Part shown: piece after piece, positions 51,233 through 63,641 of the stretch | Layout of the letters: the number at the start of each line of letters is the position of its first letter | Position numbering within the stretch: position 1 is the stretch's first letter | Assembly (NCBI GenBank): GCA_032718475.1 | Contig: JAUCBJ010000644.1 | Span: 88,234 to 152,233, forward strand | Length of the DNA: 64,000 bases | From: Nemertoderma westbladi | Taxonomy: Eukaryota > Animalia > Xenacoelomorpha | Direction of reading: 5' to 3' | Position numbers and translations under genes: made by a program | The notes under the pieces: model-generated | What the model saw: the letters and a program-made list of their open reading frames with translations, nothing else | Databases searched by the model: none | Told to the model about the DNA's origin: nothing

Positions 51233-52112
51233 TGTGGCGCGGATTAAGGATCCTGGCGCGTAGTGACAGGGGCGTGTGGCGCGGATTAAGGATCCTGGCG
51301 CGTAGTGACAGGGGCGTGTGGCGCGCATTGAGGATCCTGACGGTCCTGGCGCGAATATGGATGTACCGATGTAGGGTTAGGTTAGGTCAGTAGGAGGTAG
51401 CGTAGCAGTGCACTAGCAACACATCCCACTCTACAGCTCTATTTGAAATTATTCCATAGGTTTAAAAAGATTGAAAAATGTCCGCTCGCTTCGCTCGCGT
51501 TTATACTGCAAGTCTACTCTTAGTAGGCCTACTGTCTGGCTGTGGACAAATGGAAACGGACAGATTGAGCATGACCATTAAAAACATGACTTATTGTTTC
51601 AAAAGTTTTTCTATTGTCAGATTCTTCAAACCAATAAAACCATGACAGCCTGCATGATTCAGCAGAATTCCGTGCTCGCTACGCTCGCGCTAGCTCGCAG
51701 TTTAATGACATCTGCATTTCTGTATTTGAAAACAGTCGGTTTGCCAACTTTAAATGTTAAATTTAAATGTTAAAATTTTCGTGCTCGCTGCGCTCGCATC
51801 TTGGTCACATCTGCATTTAAAAACAGTCAGTTGACGTTGACCTACTACTACTACTACAACTACAGCACTATCTGACTATTACTGTCAGACAGTCCAGACT
51901 GTATTTATGTTAACATAATTGGAAAATTTCCGTGCTCGCTACGCTCGCATTTTAATGTTAACATACTGTAGCGTAGGGCTACAAAATTATAAACTGATAA
52001 ATTATTACAATTAAGCAATTACTGCAAAATTTCATAGTCAATTGTTGGCTTGGCGCGCATTAGTTATCATGGCTGGCGCGATTTTCGTTTAACCAGAACG
52101 CGTGTGGCGCGC
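51233..52112. repeat. Transposon-derived stretch: 40-bp tandem repeat (~2.5 copies), TGGCGCG motifs and GCTCGC-x-CGCTCGC motifs
   Basis: GTGGCGCGGATTAAGGATCCTGGCGCGTAGTGACAGGGGC repeated at 51233-51340; GCTCGC(T/A/G)..CGCTCGC near 51484, 51674, 51783 and 51934. Confidence 0.5.
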
Positions 52113-53190
52113 TTTTTGTCAGTATTCCATATAGGTACACAGGTACACTGTGCACTGGCTGACTGGCACACTGCATCATCTACCTGTCTACCATGCTGCC
52201 ATGGCGCTGCATGGCCTGGCTGTACTGCATACTGTCCTACTGATCTACACTACAAGTCTACAACCACTCCAGCACTCACTACATGACTTACTGCTCTACT
52301 GACTTCTTCTAGGCCTAACTGTCAAAACAGCATGGCCATTGGCCAACCATCAATCAGCGAGTCAATCTAGCCGAAAAAGGGGGTCAACCCATAACAAATT
52401 CGCAAATTCATCCAAACCAATTTTTTTTTATTCTACATTACCTTGTTAATACCCTCAAAAAAGTCTATAAAAATGTATTATGCGGATCACCTTCAATTTC
52501 CTGTTTCTTTCCTTAGCAACATGGATTTTACATAGCAACAAGGGGTATATTTGTTGGATTTTCTCCAAATTTGGTACAGACAAACTTTACTCTAATGACT
52601 ATCGATTGACTGAAGTATGCACTTCTAGATAGTTACCAATTTAGTTTCCAGCGCAACGGAAATTTGTGTAATAATTTAACCAATTTAAATACCAATTTTG
52701 CTTGTACAATATAGAGAGCTTACACAACTTCTCTACTAAACGGGTGCATGTAACCTCGCCCAATGGATTTATCGACCTCAAAAACCCTTATCCCCAAAAA
52801 ATTTATTTGTTATATGATAAACTATTGTGGTTTTCAAACTAAAACAAATAAATAAATTACACCCATAATCAATAGAGCAATCACAATTTCATTATGTGAA
52901 AAATCTTTACTACAGTAATATTAATGGAAATTATGAATTTTCCTTGCAGTGGAATTGTATAATTTTTTAACAACAGTTAGCTTAATATATCGTGAAGTTT
53001 TTGATATATTTAAAAATTTGATGCGACTTCTGGTTTCCGAGATATAGCAATTAATGTGTAACACGCCAGTGTAAATATTACTGTATAAATATAAAATAAA
53101 CTGTAAACTATAATATATATATATAAACTATAAACTGTAAAAATATTATACGTGCCGTGTAGGCCTACTTGTCAGCTAGCGAGCTATAGG

Positions 53191-53400
53191 CAGGGGTAAA
53201 TCATTTCGAACTACGCGTAGCTACGCGTAGTTTGTAACTTCCCATTCCTGTCATTTACCGGTATAGGGCCAGACTTACTGCAGTACCGGTACTGCATTTT
53301 TAACAACTACGCGTAGGTGTTTTAAAACTACGCGTAGGTAATTTGGAACTACGCGTAGGTATTTTCAAACTACGCGTAGGTGCTACGCGTAGCAGTCCTG
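53191..53400. mobile_element. MITE-like element with CAGG..CCTG ends and seven CTACGCGTAG palindromes
   Basis: hAT-like termini; the palindrome repeats near both ends; no matching TSD. Confidence 0.5.
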
Positions 53401-54239
53401 ATAACAATGATTTTTCCTTTCAGGTCCCGTAGTGTTGAGTTGTTAGGCAAGTATCGGTATATGTCAGGTATCTTATTATCAGACCAACGGAATAACAGAA
53501 TCGGAAGCTGTAGCGCAGGATAAAATGTCATAACTTTGAAACAAAATTTCAAAATTCTGTCAACACAATTTTTGCACGGAATATTCCTCTACATAATTCT
53601 GCAAATAGAACCGAAAATCGTTTGAGTAGTTAAAAAGTAGATAGAGAAAGTATCCCAACAAAGCCATTTAAATTTCCTCCTGATTACAACTGACCAAACA
53701 TGTACTGTACCAAAAGTAAAAATCTTTTAAAATTTTCAAAAATGATCTTCTTTTGCGGTTTTCATACCTTTCGGCGCTGATTCTGAAAACGGCAAAATTC
53801 GAAATTTTTGGGTGTTTGATTGTCTTTTTGGTTTCAAATTTTGTGCTGCACCAAAATTACAAATTTTCAAATTTTGGGTGAAAATTACAAAAGTTACCAT
53901 AACTCGAGAACGAAATAACTTATCGAAAGACTGATTTCAGATTCGGAATCACCATAAAATTTTACATCGGAAAACACATTTAAAAAATCTGTTGAAAAAA
54001 CTGGGTGTGACCCTATTCCTATTTAATTATTATTTTTACAAATTCCTATTTTTTCTAACTCTATCTAACTCTATATTTTATTTTTTAAATTAAATTTTTA
54101 CATTTTGAATTACATGAGTACATATTGTACAGTACATACAGTATGTGTGTTCAAATTATATGTGTCTTTTCTAATATTTATCTTGTTTACTTTACATACT
54201 GTATTATCTATAATAACAAACCTACAGTACCTTAAATAT

Positions 54240-54818
54240 TTATCTTATATTGGTCTTAAGTGAAAATGGGCTTAGCAGAATTCCTACTCCACCAATTGAT
54301 GCATTGGCCGAGTTTCTTTCTGCCGAGCTTGTTACTAACGTCCATCCATTTCCAATGTCATTGTACTTCATGGCAGTAGTGTCTTCATGACAAATCCGAT
54401 GTTCTTGGATGCAGATGATGTCGATGTTATATTCCATTGCCAGAGCGACCATGTCACCCTGTTTGGTATGTGCTTTCAGCGTGTGTGCGTTCATTGTAGC
54501 AATCTTTAGTGTCTTTTTACATTTCAACAGGTTGGTTCTTCTTTCTTCTCTGTCTTCTGTTCCAGTAGCCAATTTATCGACCCCAGCCTGGTGTACCACT
54601 GAGGGACGCGGTCCTTGTTGACCCGGGCGACGACCGAGCCGGTATTTCTCTTGGAGGGTTCTCATACTCATATCTTTCAGTTGCGGGAGTAAACCGCTTG
54701 TGGTCGCAACTCCTACAAGCGTCTTCGCAGTAGGTCGCCGTTGCAGCGTTGGTTGATTACCTTCCGCCGACCTTGTCAGCATGTCTAGCCATTGGTTGAT
54801 TACCTTCCGCCTATCCAT
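54240..54818 (-). mobile_element. 5' fragment of a second APE-type (RTE-like) LINE; GC-richer leader probably extends to ~55150
   Basis: KIATMNAHTL..DIICIQEHR..GGVGILLS is the APE N-terminus; it breaks abruptly into AT-rich DNA near 54255. Confidence 0.85.
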
Positions 54819-55565
54819 GGCCTACAGCCCTGCTGCCGACTGTAGGGGTCCTTTTGTTACACCCTGAACCAAGTGTGCCTCCTGGGTTAGGTTACCTAAC
54901 ACTGGTAGAGGAGCATCCAGTATAGACAGGGCGGGGCTTGTATCATCTCTAATGCAGATGGGTATCAAGCCTTTGCCTTCAATGGTGCCCTAGGCGCTAT
55001 AGCCCTCAATGACTTATTTAGTTGACGGGGCTAAACCAACCCACTCTTGATCAACTAAATAATGAATAGGCTATGCTTATCGGGCCTGCCCTACTGGGCT
55101 GACAGCTACAGGTAGTACCACATTACTGCCATTGCTGCATTGTGGTAGCAGGATCTGGGGACCTGACCTGACCTGGTACAGTAGGCCTACAGTACTACAG
55201 TACAGTACAGTAGTACAGTACTGTAGCAATATTAGTACCGACATACTGTACTGTACCAGTCAGTACCACTAAAAGATTGAAAAACTGCAGTGGGACAGCG
55301 CAATATCGATGGTTACAACTGTTTTTAAATCTGTGGCTAAATATTAAAATCTAAAATATAACAAAGATAATGATATGTATCTCTTCAAATTACATACATT
55401 GTCGGGTCGTATCACTGAATTATAAGACACTTTTTTCTCGTCCAAGACGGAGATTCTGACTGAGACAACAATGCCCGAAAATTAACTCAAAAAAAATACA
55501 TTCGATTGCATAACATTTTAATTATCTACTGTAGCCAACATGCTTTATTTGTTATTGTTTCCAAG

Positions 55566-55693
55566 GTGGCGGTGTGGTAATGAGTTACTGGAAAAGAGAC
55601 TACGGAGACCACTGTTCCGACGCCCACGCACAGTTTGAGCATGACGGGTCCCTTAGAGTAAAACACGGCGGGTATTACTTTCTTTATGGCCAG
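55566..55693 (+). CDS. TNF-superfamily ligand, exon 3
   Basis: Acceptor TTGTTTCCAAG, phase 1 to phase 0; encodes GGVVMSYW..DGSLRVKHGGYYFLYGQ, the THD W..G.L.V...G.Y..Y.Q signature. Confidence 0.92.
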
Positions 55694-56098
55694 GTTGGAA
55701 GTTATGAAGAACATTTTATATTAATACACAGTAGGCCTATACTGCAATTGCTACTGGTGATTGAAATGGTAAATTTAACTGTAATTGATAGTGATACTGT
55801 GAGCTGATAATTTAAGTGTCGCCCATGTGAAGAGTACCAGGATTTCATTTTCATTACTCAAACCAACTTGTTTGTTCTTCAAGTTAAATAAGCAAACGTG
55901 ATGAATTTATTATAGGCTTACCATCATTACAAATTTATTAAGTATTTCTCCTATAAATAAGAAAATTGTGAACGTGACTACAGGTAAAACTAATCGACAG
56001 TCTCTTTCTTTCGTCCCCTGAGTTTAGGTAATTTTTTTAGATGACAGGATTTATCTATACAGATCTCTAGGCTACATATCTCATGTCCATCTTTACAG

Positions 56099-56359
56099 AT
56101 AACATTCGTGGACGATTTTGAACCTACAGTGATCTTCCAACTGAAATCTCGACAAGTTGGCACCGACAGACAACTGTTCAGTTGCGCATTGAGTCGAGTT
56201 GCTACGGGTTACAGCGACCCCTACCGGACGTGTAACGCATTCGGTGTGACCAAACTGGAGACGAACAGTCAAATATTTGTTGTGATTAACCGCGGTATGA
56301 CAATTGATTTCCGCCCTTCCTACACCTATTTTGGATTATTCAAATTGAAAAGTCGCTGA
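56099..56359 (+). CDS. TNF-superfamily ligand, exon 4 (terminal)
   Basis: Acceptor CTTTACAG in phase 0 gives YGQ|ITF; contains FSC..YRTCNAFG and the terminal TYFGLFKL motif of TNF homology domains. Confidence 0.93.
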   Translation: MTFVDDFEPTVIFQLKSRQVGTDRQLFSCALSRVATGYSDPYRTCNAFGVTKLETNSQIFVVINRGMTIDFRPSYTYFGLFKLKSR

Positions 56360-59300
56360 CAGAATATTCACTACCGGTAGATCTTAACCTTTAGTCAAGT
56401 TCGGTTCCTGACAACCCATACGCTAGTTCGTAGTTTCGTATTACAATTTAATCGATTTTTTGCCTAGAAGTAGAGTACAGTAGTTATCACTCTGAGATTC
56501 GTAATATTTTTAGATTTGTTTCCAATTATAGACGTAATTGTAGTCCCAGGAGGATGGATATCTTAGTTTGAAGATAATTAGTATTATTTTGGAAAAACAA
56601 TTTCAAGTTTATATACAGTAGAATCCAGAAACGTTTCGTATAATTATTTTTCACAACGTCAGCCGAAATAACAGTATAAATTATGTTAGAAACTATAAAA
56701 GTGAAGCGGAATTATAATTATGTTAAATATTCGAGTAGTAAATAAAGAACAACAGATACTGTACAAAATGCCGAACGAATTAACGAATAAGGGTCCTCGG
56801 CAGTCTGGAACGTTTTAAATCGAAGCTAAAGACACACCCATTCACACTAGCATATGGTTAATTCATTCATATTATATTACCATTCATACAATATTATACC
56901 ATATCGTATTCCTACGTACAGACCAGAGCTTGTTTTATCTGAATCCGTAATTGTTTTATCTGAACCGAATATTTTTATTTTAACACTATTTTTTATCCTG
57001 TTTTACCAAATTTTAGATATACAGTACAGTAGTTGAGTAGTAATTTTATTTAATGTTGTTTGACTACGTAATTTGAACGGTAACTGTTATATACTATGTT
57101 CTAGAAGTCATTGGCCGTACATAGCAACATACGGTAAGTGAATGCAACATAGAATAATATTATCGTTACTGATTCTATATAAACTTTAATATGTTTTTCC
57201 AAATAGCACTAACAATACTACTGTAATTTGTTTCAAATTATCTAAATTTTTTAGAGCATTTAATGTAAAGTATATTTTATTATGGATTTCAAACAATAAT
57301 CAATTAGGCCTACCGGAGGAGGTAAACAGTATGCCAACACCTACAACAGTAGACCTATACTACACAGTACACACCTAATTGTAGGCAGGTTGGAAAAGAA
57401 GCAGGTTATTGCAGAGGCGGATTTAGTGGAACCAAAATAATAAACGAGAATGTGGAATATTGTATGAAATCCAGAGAAACAACACCCTGAAAGGTTTTGG
57501 TTTTCTAGTTTTATCATTATTGTTTTTTTGGTACTAGTGCTTATAATATTCGGTTTTGTCTTTTGTAGTTTAGTCTATTGTCATTATTTTATAACATTTA
57601 TTACAATTGGAAGGGTACTACTGTATTGATACTGTACTCTATGTGAATTCAAATTATCATGTTACTAAGAGGTGAGTGGCAGAATCACTACATTTGTCAT
57701 TCGTCGACTATGTTGATTTTGCTCAGAAAAAATCATTTTATTTCGCCTACAATGAAATAGCTGAGATATTATATAAACCTTTGTTACATCCTGTGAACTT
57801 TTCAGCATTCTGGTGAAATTATTCTATGACTGAAAACTATGGCTTTGCAGCGTTACGGCCTTTACTGTTGTTTTTGGCTTATACCTAAACGTTGCAGCTG
57901 TTAAAGTGAATAATTTACCTTTCATAACGCAGATAAATTGACATAATGTAACAATATTACATATTGTACTATATGAAAAGGACACTGCCTAGCGTTAAAT
58001 AAAGACACTCGCTTATTTTTATAACATCCATCGCTGCTCACGTTCGTTAAATAAATACACTCGTGTGCCATAACGCTGAGAAGTGGTTCTTTATCACACT
58101 TATACCTAGGATTAGAATATTACTTAATTGTTAGAAGTCACTTTGTACTTTGATTTAAATAGGTAATCTAAGTATTATTAATTAATTAATTAATTATGAC
58201 ATATTGACATTGTGTTGGTGCATTTCATGTCAATTACCAATCATAGTACATTTACATTTACGGATTACATACATACAAAATTACGTACAGTAGGCCTATG
58301 CCTACATCTTGTCTACATTGTGCAGCGTCGTATTAACTGTATGATTTTATTAATTATGTAAATAAAAATTGCTAATTCGACTGTTTTATACGCTACTCTC
58401 TTTTCATGAACAACATTGAATATCAGCACATATTATATTAATATTAATAATTAAATAATGTAAACAATAAGATATTATAGTGGACGGTGCCTGTCCCAAC
58501 AATTCAAATAACCCATCCTATTCTTCTTGCTATAAAGTTCCAGTTCTTTGCAACTGTCTTTTATGTCCATCACCTATTAAAATGAAATAACAATATTAAT
58601 GTATTATATTATTTATTAATGATACTGTACAACAATGGAATCTATTGATTGTGGGCGTGAAAGGCACTTCCTAGTACATGTAGGCCTTCCTAATAAATCG
58701 GTTAATAACACGAGATATAAGATGCAGGGCTTCATACATGTAGCATATCAATTCAATGTTATTGTAATCTTGGAACATCGAAAACTGAAAAATTAACTAC
58801 TGTATATCTGTAAAATAATTAGGTTATGTATTAATTAATCAATATTGTATTGTGTGTAGGATGTAATATATAATTAACTTTGGTGCACAATATAATAATA
58901 TTTTAAATTTATTCGGCCAAGATAATTTGTCAGTTATTAAAATCCCAACCATATTAGTATTCAATTTCATATATTGAATTACATAAATTTAACCAGCTCC
59001 TCTTACTGTACTAGAAAAAAACGAACTATTTTATATTAGACCTACTGACCTAATGGCAGAAGCACCCCCCCCCCCCCCCCCCGAAACATACTAAATTGAC
59101 TGAGCCGCAAATACTGAAACACTAACGGTATTTCTACAGTGTTGTAGGCTGGTCAGTAAAGGAGCAAGTCACAGAGGCTAATTGGGGGAACCAAAACTAT
59201 AAACAAAAGTTTAAATTGTTTACAAGATCATACAGGTTTGTAAAGGGGTAAAATCATTATAAATATTGACTTCAGACTAGGCCTACAATTTCCTGGGGGG

Positions 59301-60139
59301 GGGGGGGGGGGGGGGGGCGAGTTACTGTAGAGCATAAGGGAAACTTTGCCGTGGATCTACTTTGCATCATCGGACAACGTACAGTAGCTTTCCTTATTTT
59401 ACTTACTTTACTTTACTTCCTAAAATACAATGCCAGAGGGGAATAGTGTACAGTAGTTAACTAGTAGTACAGTAACATACAGTATGGTAGTACAGTACGA
59501 TGGGTGGTGGAAGTTCTAACATACAGTATGGTAGAACGATGGGGGGTGGAAGTTCTAACATGCAACATTGGGATATATATAGTTTTGATAAAATATTTTT
59601 TCAACCACTGCCCCTTTAAATGAGAACCGAGTTAACCGGTAACCTAATTTCCTACCCACGCCTCTTGATTTACGCAGCCATGCTACATGAACTGTATTCA
59701 GGTAATATAAATCAGTGGGACTCTCTTAATCAATAGCACACAGTTCTTAACCTCACAAACCCATCAATCCCCTGTGGACTCATCCATACTGCAGCAATCT
59801 ATACCTCACAACAATCCCAGTAATATTATTGTTATACTCATAAATAGGCTAGTTATATACTGTAGTTACTGTACAGTATATGCCACGATTTATAGAGTAA
59901 TAAAATTTACTGTACAGTATGTTTTCGAAAAAGGGGGGGGGGGGGGACTTGAAGAAATTCCAATCTCGGCGTATTAATATATATCTCAATGTTAAATTAT
60001 CAATTAAGGGAAAGGATCAGTTTACAATAGCACGTTATTCTAACCAAAACAATAATCAAAAGTCAATAGTACAGGTATTATACAGTAGGAATCTAGGTTT
60101 CTTAACCTAAATAAGTTAATTTTCACAATTAGGAATAGG

Positions 60140-60203
60140 TCATAAGACATTATGGCGAATTCTCAGTAAATTATCTAGTTGGAAATGTTTTGTTCTGTAT
60201 ACC
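60140..60203 (-). CDS. Putative terminal exon of an unidentified membrane protein
   Basis: Acceptor TTTTTATGTTACAG, phase 2; encodes VYRTKHFQLDNLLRIRHNVL-stop; phase fits the 62962-63027 exon. Confidence 0.45.
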
Positions 60204-60844
60204 CTGTAACATAAAAAATAATTATACCACAAAATTCATTATTTATGTAACGTGTGCTGAAGCTCTATATATGCCTCAGAGTCCGTCCATCTTCCAATTT
60301 GCTGGAAAACACTATTGAAACTCCATTACAGGAAACGGATATATCGTGAATCAATGCAAAAGACAGGCCCTGGATTTTAATGACTCGAAAGAGTGTGAAT
60401 CCATGTCGTAAAGAAGCAAGATCATCAAACTCAGGCGCCATATTCAAACCAGAGCTGACTGGCATAGGGACTGTAAATCTTCAACTTTCAATTGAGCTGC
60501 TGAAATAATTGATTAATAAAGGCCTTAAAGAGACATTTCTTGATGAGCCAAGTAATTTACTTTACAACCTTGGCCTTTCTTTGTTGTAAGATAATTACTA
60601 ATTGGATTCGCAAGACTTACATCGAGTGGTAACCAAATTCATCATTAAATTTTCTGAGGTAATGAGTTTTTTCGCTATGCAATGAATTTTAATTTGATTT
60701 ACATTTCTTAGTAAGGAAGGTATTCTATTATGATCTATTAAGAATTATTTATGTTTAATAATATAGGTGTTATGTGTAATTGTTGTGGCGAAATCTCAGG
60801 TTAAATAACTCGGCTGGGCCTGGCACCGCCCAGCAGATGCCGTG

Positions 60845-60988
60845 TAAACACTTCGAAATAGTCAACACTTCGAAAAATCTATGTCAACACTTTGAAAAAG
60901 CCATGTCATCACTTTGAAATGGCCAACACTTCGAAAGGAATTTGTACCCATGTCGACAATTCGAAAAGCCTATGTCAACACTTCGAAT
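60845..60988. repeat. Seven copies of GTCAACACTTCGAAA-like motifs (probable transposon subterminal repeats)
   Basis: Short motif at irregular spacing; no inverted partner seen in the window. Confidence 0.6.
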
Positions 60989-61266
60989 TAATAATGCAAT
61001 AATAACATAATAATAATAATAATGAAATAATAATAAAAAAGAAAACTAAGTTTTGTATTTATTTTTGTTACCATTTAATTAATTTATATTTAGGATAAAA
61101 TTAAAGCCAGTGAGATATGTTTCATGAGCCACTATGTACGAACGGGATACAGGTCTACAGGCTGAGGAGATGATTTTATGACATCCAGCAGTAACAAATC
61201 AGTCTGGATTGGAGTGTAGTTTTTGATTGATTATTCAGAGGATTTTTTGTGATGGGTGGAACATCA

Positions 61267-61729
61267 CGGGATCACGGAAGCCGGAACAGTTACTAAACAA
61301 AGCACGAACTCATGTCGACGGGATCACGGAAGCCGGAACAGTTACTAAACAAAGCAGGAACTCATGTCGACGGGATCACGGAAGCCGGAACAGTTACTAA
61401 ACAAATCAGGAACTCATGTCGACGGGATCACGGAAGCCGGAACAGTTACTAAACAAAGCAGGAACTCATGTCGACGGGATCACGGAAGCCGGAACAGTTA
61501 CTAAACAAAGCACGAACTCATGTCGACGGGATCACGGAAGCCGGAACAGTTACTAAACAAAGCAGGAACTCATGTCGACGGGATCACGGAAGCCGGAACA
61601 GTTACTAAACAAAGCAGGAACTCATGTCGACGGGATCACGGAAGCCGGAACAGTTACTAAACAAAGCAGGAACTCATGTCGACGGGATCACGGAAGCCGG
61701 AACAGTTACTAAACAAAGCAGGAACTCAT
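61267..61729. repeat. 52-bp minisatellite, ~9 near-identical copies
   Basis: CGGGATCACGGAAGCCGGAACAGTTACTAAACAAAGCAGGAACTCATGTCGA in tandem. Confidence 0.97.
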
Positions 61730-62961
61730 GGCGGGGCGATTATCATCTAAATGAGATGTCACTATTAATTGTAAGTTTCGGCAATTACCACTTGAAATTT
61801 GTATTCTAAGAACATATCCTCAATAATTCTGATTATAAAGTCATGAATGAATGAGTAAATCCATCACCATAAACCAAAGAATAATAATACTGTATATTTA
61901 AGCAGATAGGCTATTCAACCGGTTCGGTTCAAACCATGTCAAACATTCCAATAAAGTCTCGTTCCCTTTAGATTGTGTCCATATTATTGTCGATAGTAAT
62001 TACTGTTCCCTGTCATCCATTTCATTGCTATCCCTTTCATACTTCTATTAAGGCCAAGCATTTATACAACATGATGGGTGTGGCCATGCAATACCATCCT
62101 CAAAATTATTAATCCAATTTAAGTAATCATTTTAGTATTGTAGCAGTGTACATCGATTCTACCTTTATCATACCCAACCTATATGTGATTAATTTATTTA
62201 TTTTGTCTGATTATAATAAAGGCTAATATAATTTATTACTATTATTCAATTATTCATTGATGTTTATTTGTATCCTTATACCGTAAGCCATGATTTTAGG
62301 GTGAAATATATAATAATATAGGGAATAATGATATTGCCACAGTGACAGTGACCGTCCCAAAATCTTGGACAACCCAACACTCTTCGGAACTTTGCGGGGA
62401 ATCTCATTGAACTCGATGGCTGCAAAGCTATCAATTATAATTACAATTACAAAATTTATGGGGGGGGGGAGGTGGGGGGGGGGGGGGGGTTAACAGGCAA
62501 GGGAGATAAGAGCACTGGGGAGGGGGGGTAAGAGGAATGGTCGAGGGGGGGGGGGGGGGGGGGGGGCGTGAAAATTCTGGCACTAGGGGGTAACAGCAAC
62601 AGGAAAACACGCTATTGGTGGTGATATAGCATTTAAAAAGTTTGAGGTAGTTGCAAATGAAGTTAAATTCAAAATAGGATGTGGCATTAAATGCCTTCCA
62701 CATGAGGTCTTCATGGTATTACAGTACATTTGCAATTGAGAACTAAAGATAAATTTGTTGGTTTCCAAGAATGGCAATCTCTTCTGTCATGGATCGTGTC
62801 TAGGACTTAGGTTAATTTCGAACTCAGCAAAGCTAATCAACAGAGTCATGTTGAATCGGTAAACAATCCAATTAAAAAAAAACAATTCCTGCACTACATT
62901 ATTACTAAAATATGTGCATATATTTACTAAAAAATAATCCAGAATATATAGGCCTACATAC

Positions 62962-63027
62962 AGGAAATACACCAATACGAAAGTATTCACTCCAAAAATT
63001 ACTGGGATACCGAATAGCTCGTATAGC
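62962..63027 (-). CDS. Putative transmembrane-encoding exon of the unidentified gene
   Basis: AG acceptor, GTATGT donor, phase 2 to phase 2; encodes (W)LYELFGIPVIFGVNTFVLVYF(L); requires a 48-nt upstream intron. Confidence 0.45.
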
Positions 63028-63075
63028 CTAATAACGTAAATGTTGTACCATATTAAATTGAGTTGGAACTCTTAC

Positions 63076-63236
63076 CATTTTAAGTTGGGATTACCAGCAG
63101 CCATATACTCGCTAATAATGTCATTGATGAGATTGTTGTAGATATCTTCCAACTCATTTAATTGCTTCTCAGCTGTATCGAGCTTTTGCAACAATTCATC
63201 TTGTAATATCTCTTCCTGCAATTCACGCTCACTTTC
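63076..63236 (-). CDS. Internal coiled-coil exon of an unidentified gene continuing beyond the window
   Basis: TATTACAG acceptor, GTAAG donor; only one frame is open: ESERELQEEILQDELLQKLDTAEKQLNELEDIYNNLINDIISEYMAAGNPNLK. Confidence 0.7.
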
Positions 63237-63282
63237 CTGTAATATAGCCAATTAGTAATATGTGACATGAATCTTATAGAAT

Positions 63283-63641
63283 AACTAGCTGGCAATACCC
63301 CAGGCGGGGGTTACCGGGTATATCCCGATAATTGTGCTAGGCCTACCTAATGCAGAATACAGTACCATTAACGTGCACGGTAATGTCTGTTTGCTACTGC
63401 TAAATAACATAATTACCGGTTAAACGCGAACCGGCAGATATTTTAAAAAAACCGGGCCGGTACCGGTTCCACCAAAACCGAACATAAATTAAACTTTTCT
63501 AAAAGTGACCTATAATGAGCGCTCGTTAAAGTTATACACACATGCCAAGTCCCAGGGCAATCCCTCCGCCCGTTTTGGAGGAGTTCGAGCACAACAGATA
63601 GACAGATTGAAAGAGAGACAGAATTTGACTTTTATAGGTAT
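63283..63641 (+). mobile_element. Possible Helentron/DINE-type non-autonomous element
   Basis: Starts AACTAG with a GC-rich imperfect palindrome and ends with ACAG-type repeats and TTTTATA; matches recalled architecture only. Confidence 0.35.

Noticed and set aside
53424-53468. Extra TNF exon after the TTTTTCCTTTCAG acceptor
   Set aside because: Contains a stop in the required phase; exons 2 and 3 already join in frame.
52376-54015. TIR pair GGGTCA(C)ACCCA defining another DNA transposon
   Set aside because: The match is only ~11 bp with an indel and no TSD; the region looks TE-derived but boundaries are unsupported.
54850-55170. HDV-like ribozyme in the LINE leader
   Set aside because: I could not build the nested double pseudoknot by eye; needs a covariance or descriptor search.
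58475-58573. Minus-strand terminal exon candidate VMDIKDSCKELELYSKKNRMGYLNCWDRHRPL
   Set aside because: Good acceptor, but phase 0 with no convincing matching upstream donor; unresolved without transcripts.
61920-62100. Coding-looking minus-strand stretch (IAWPHPS..)
   Set aside because: Multiple stops in the frames examined and no family I can name.
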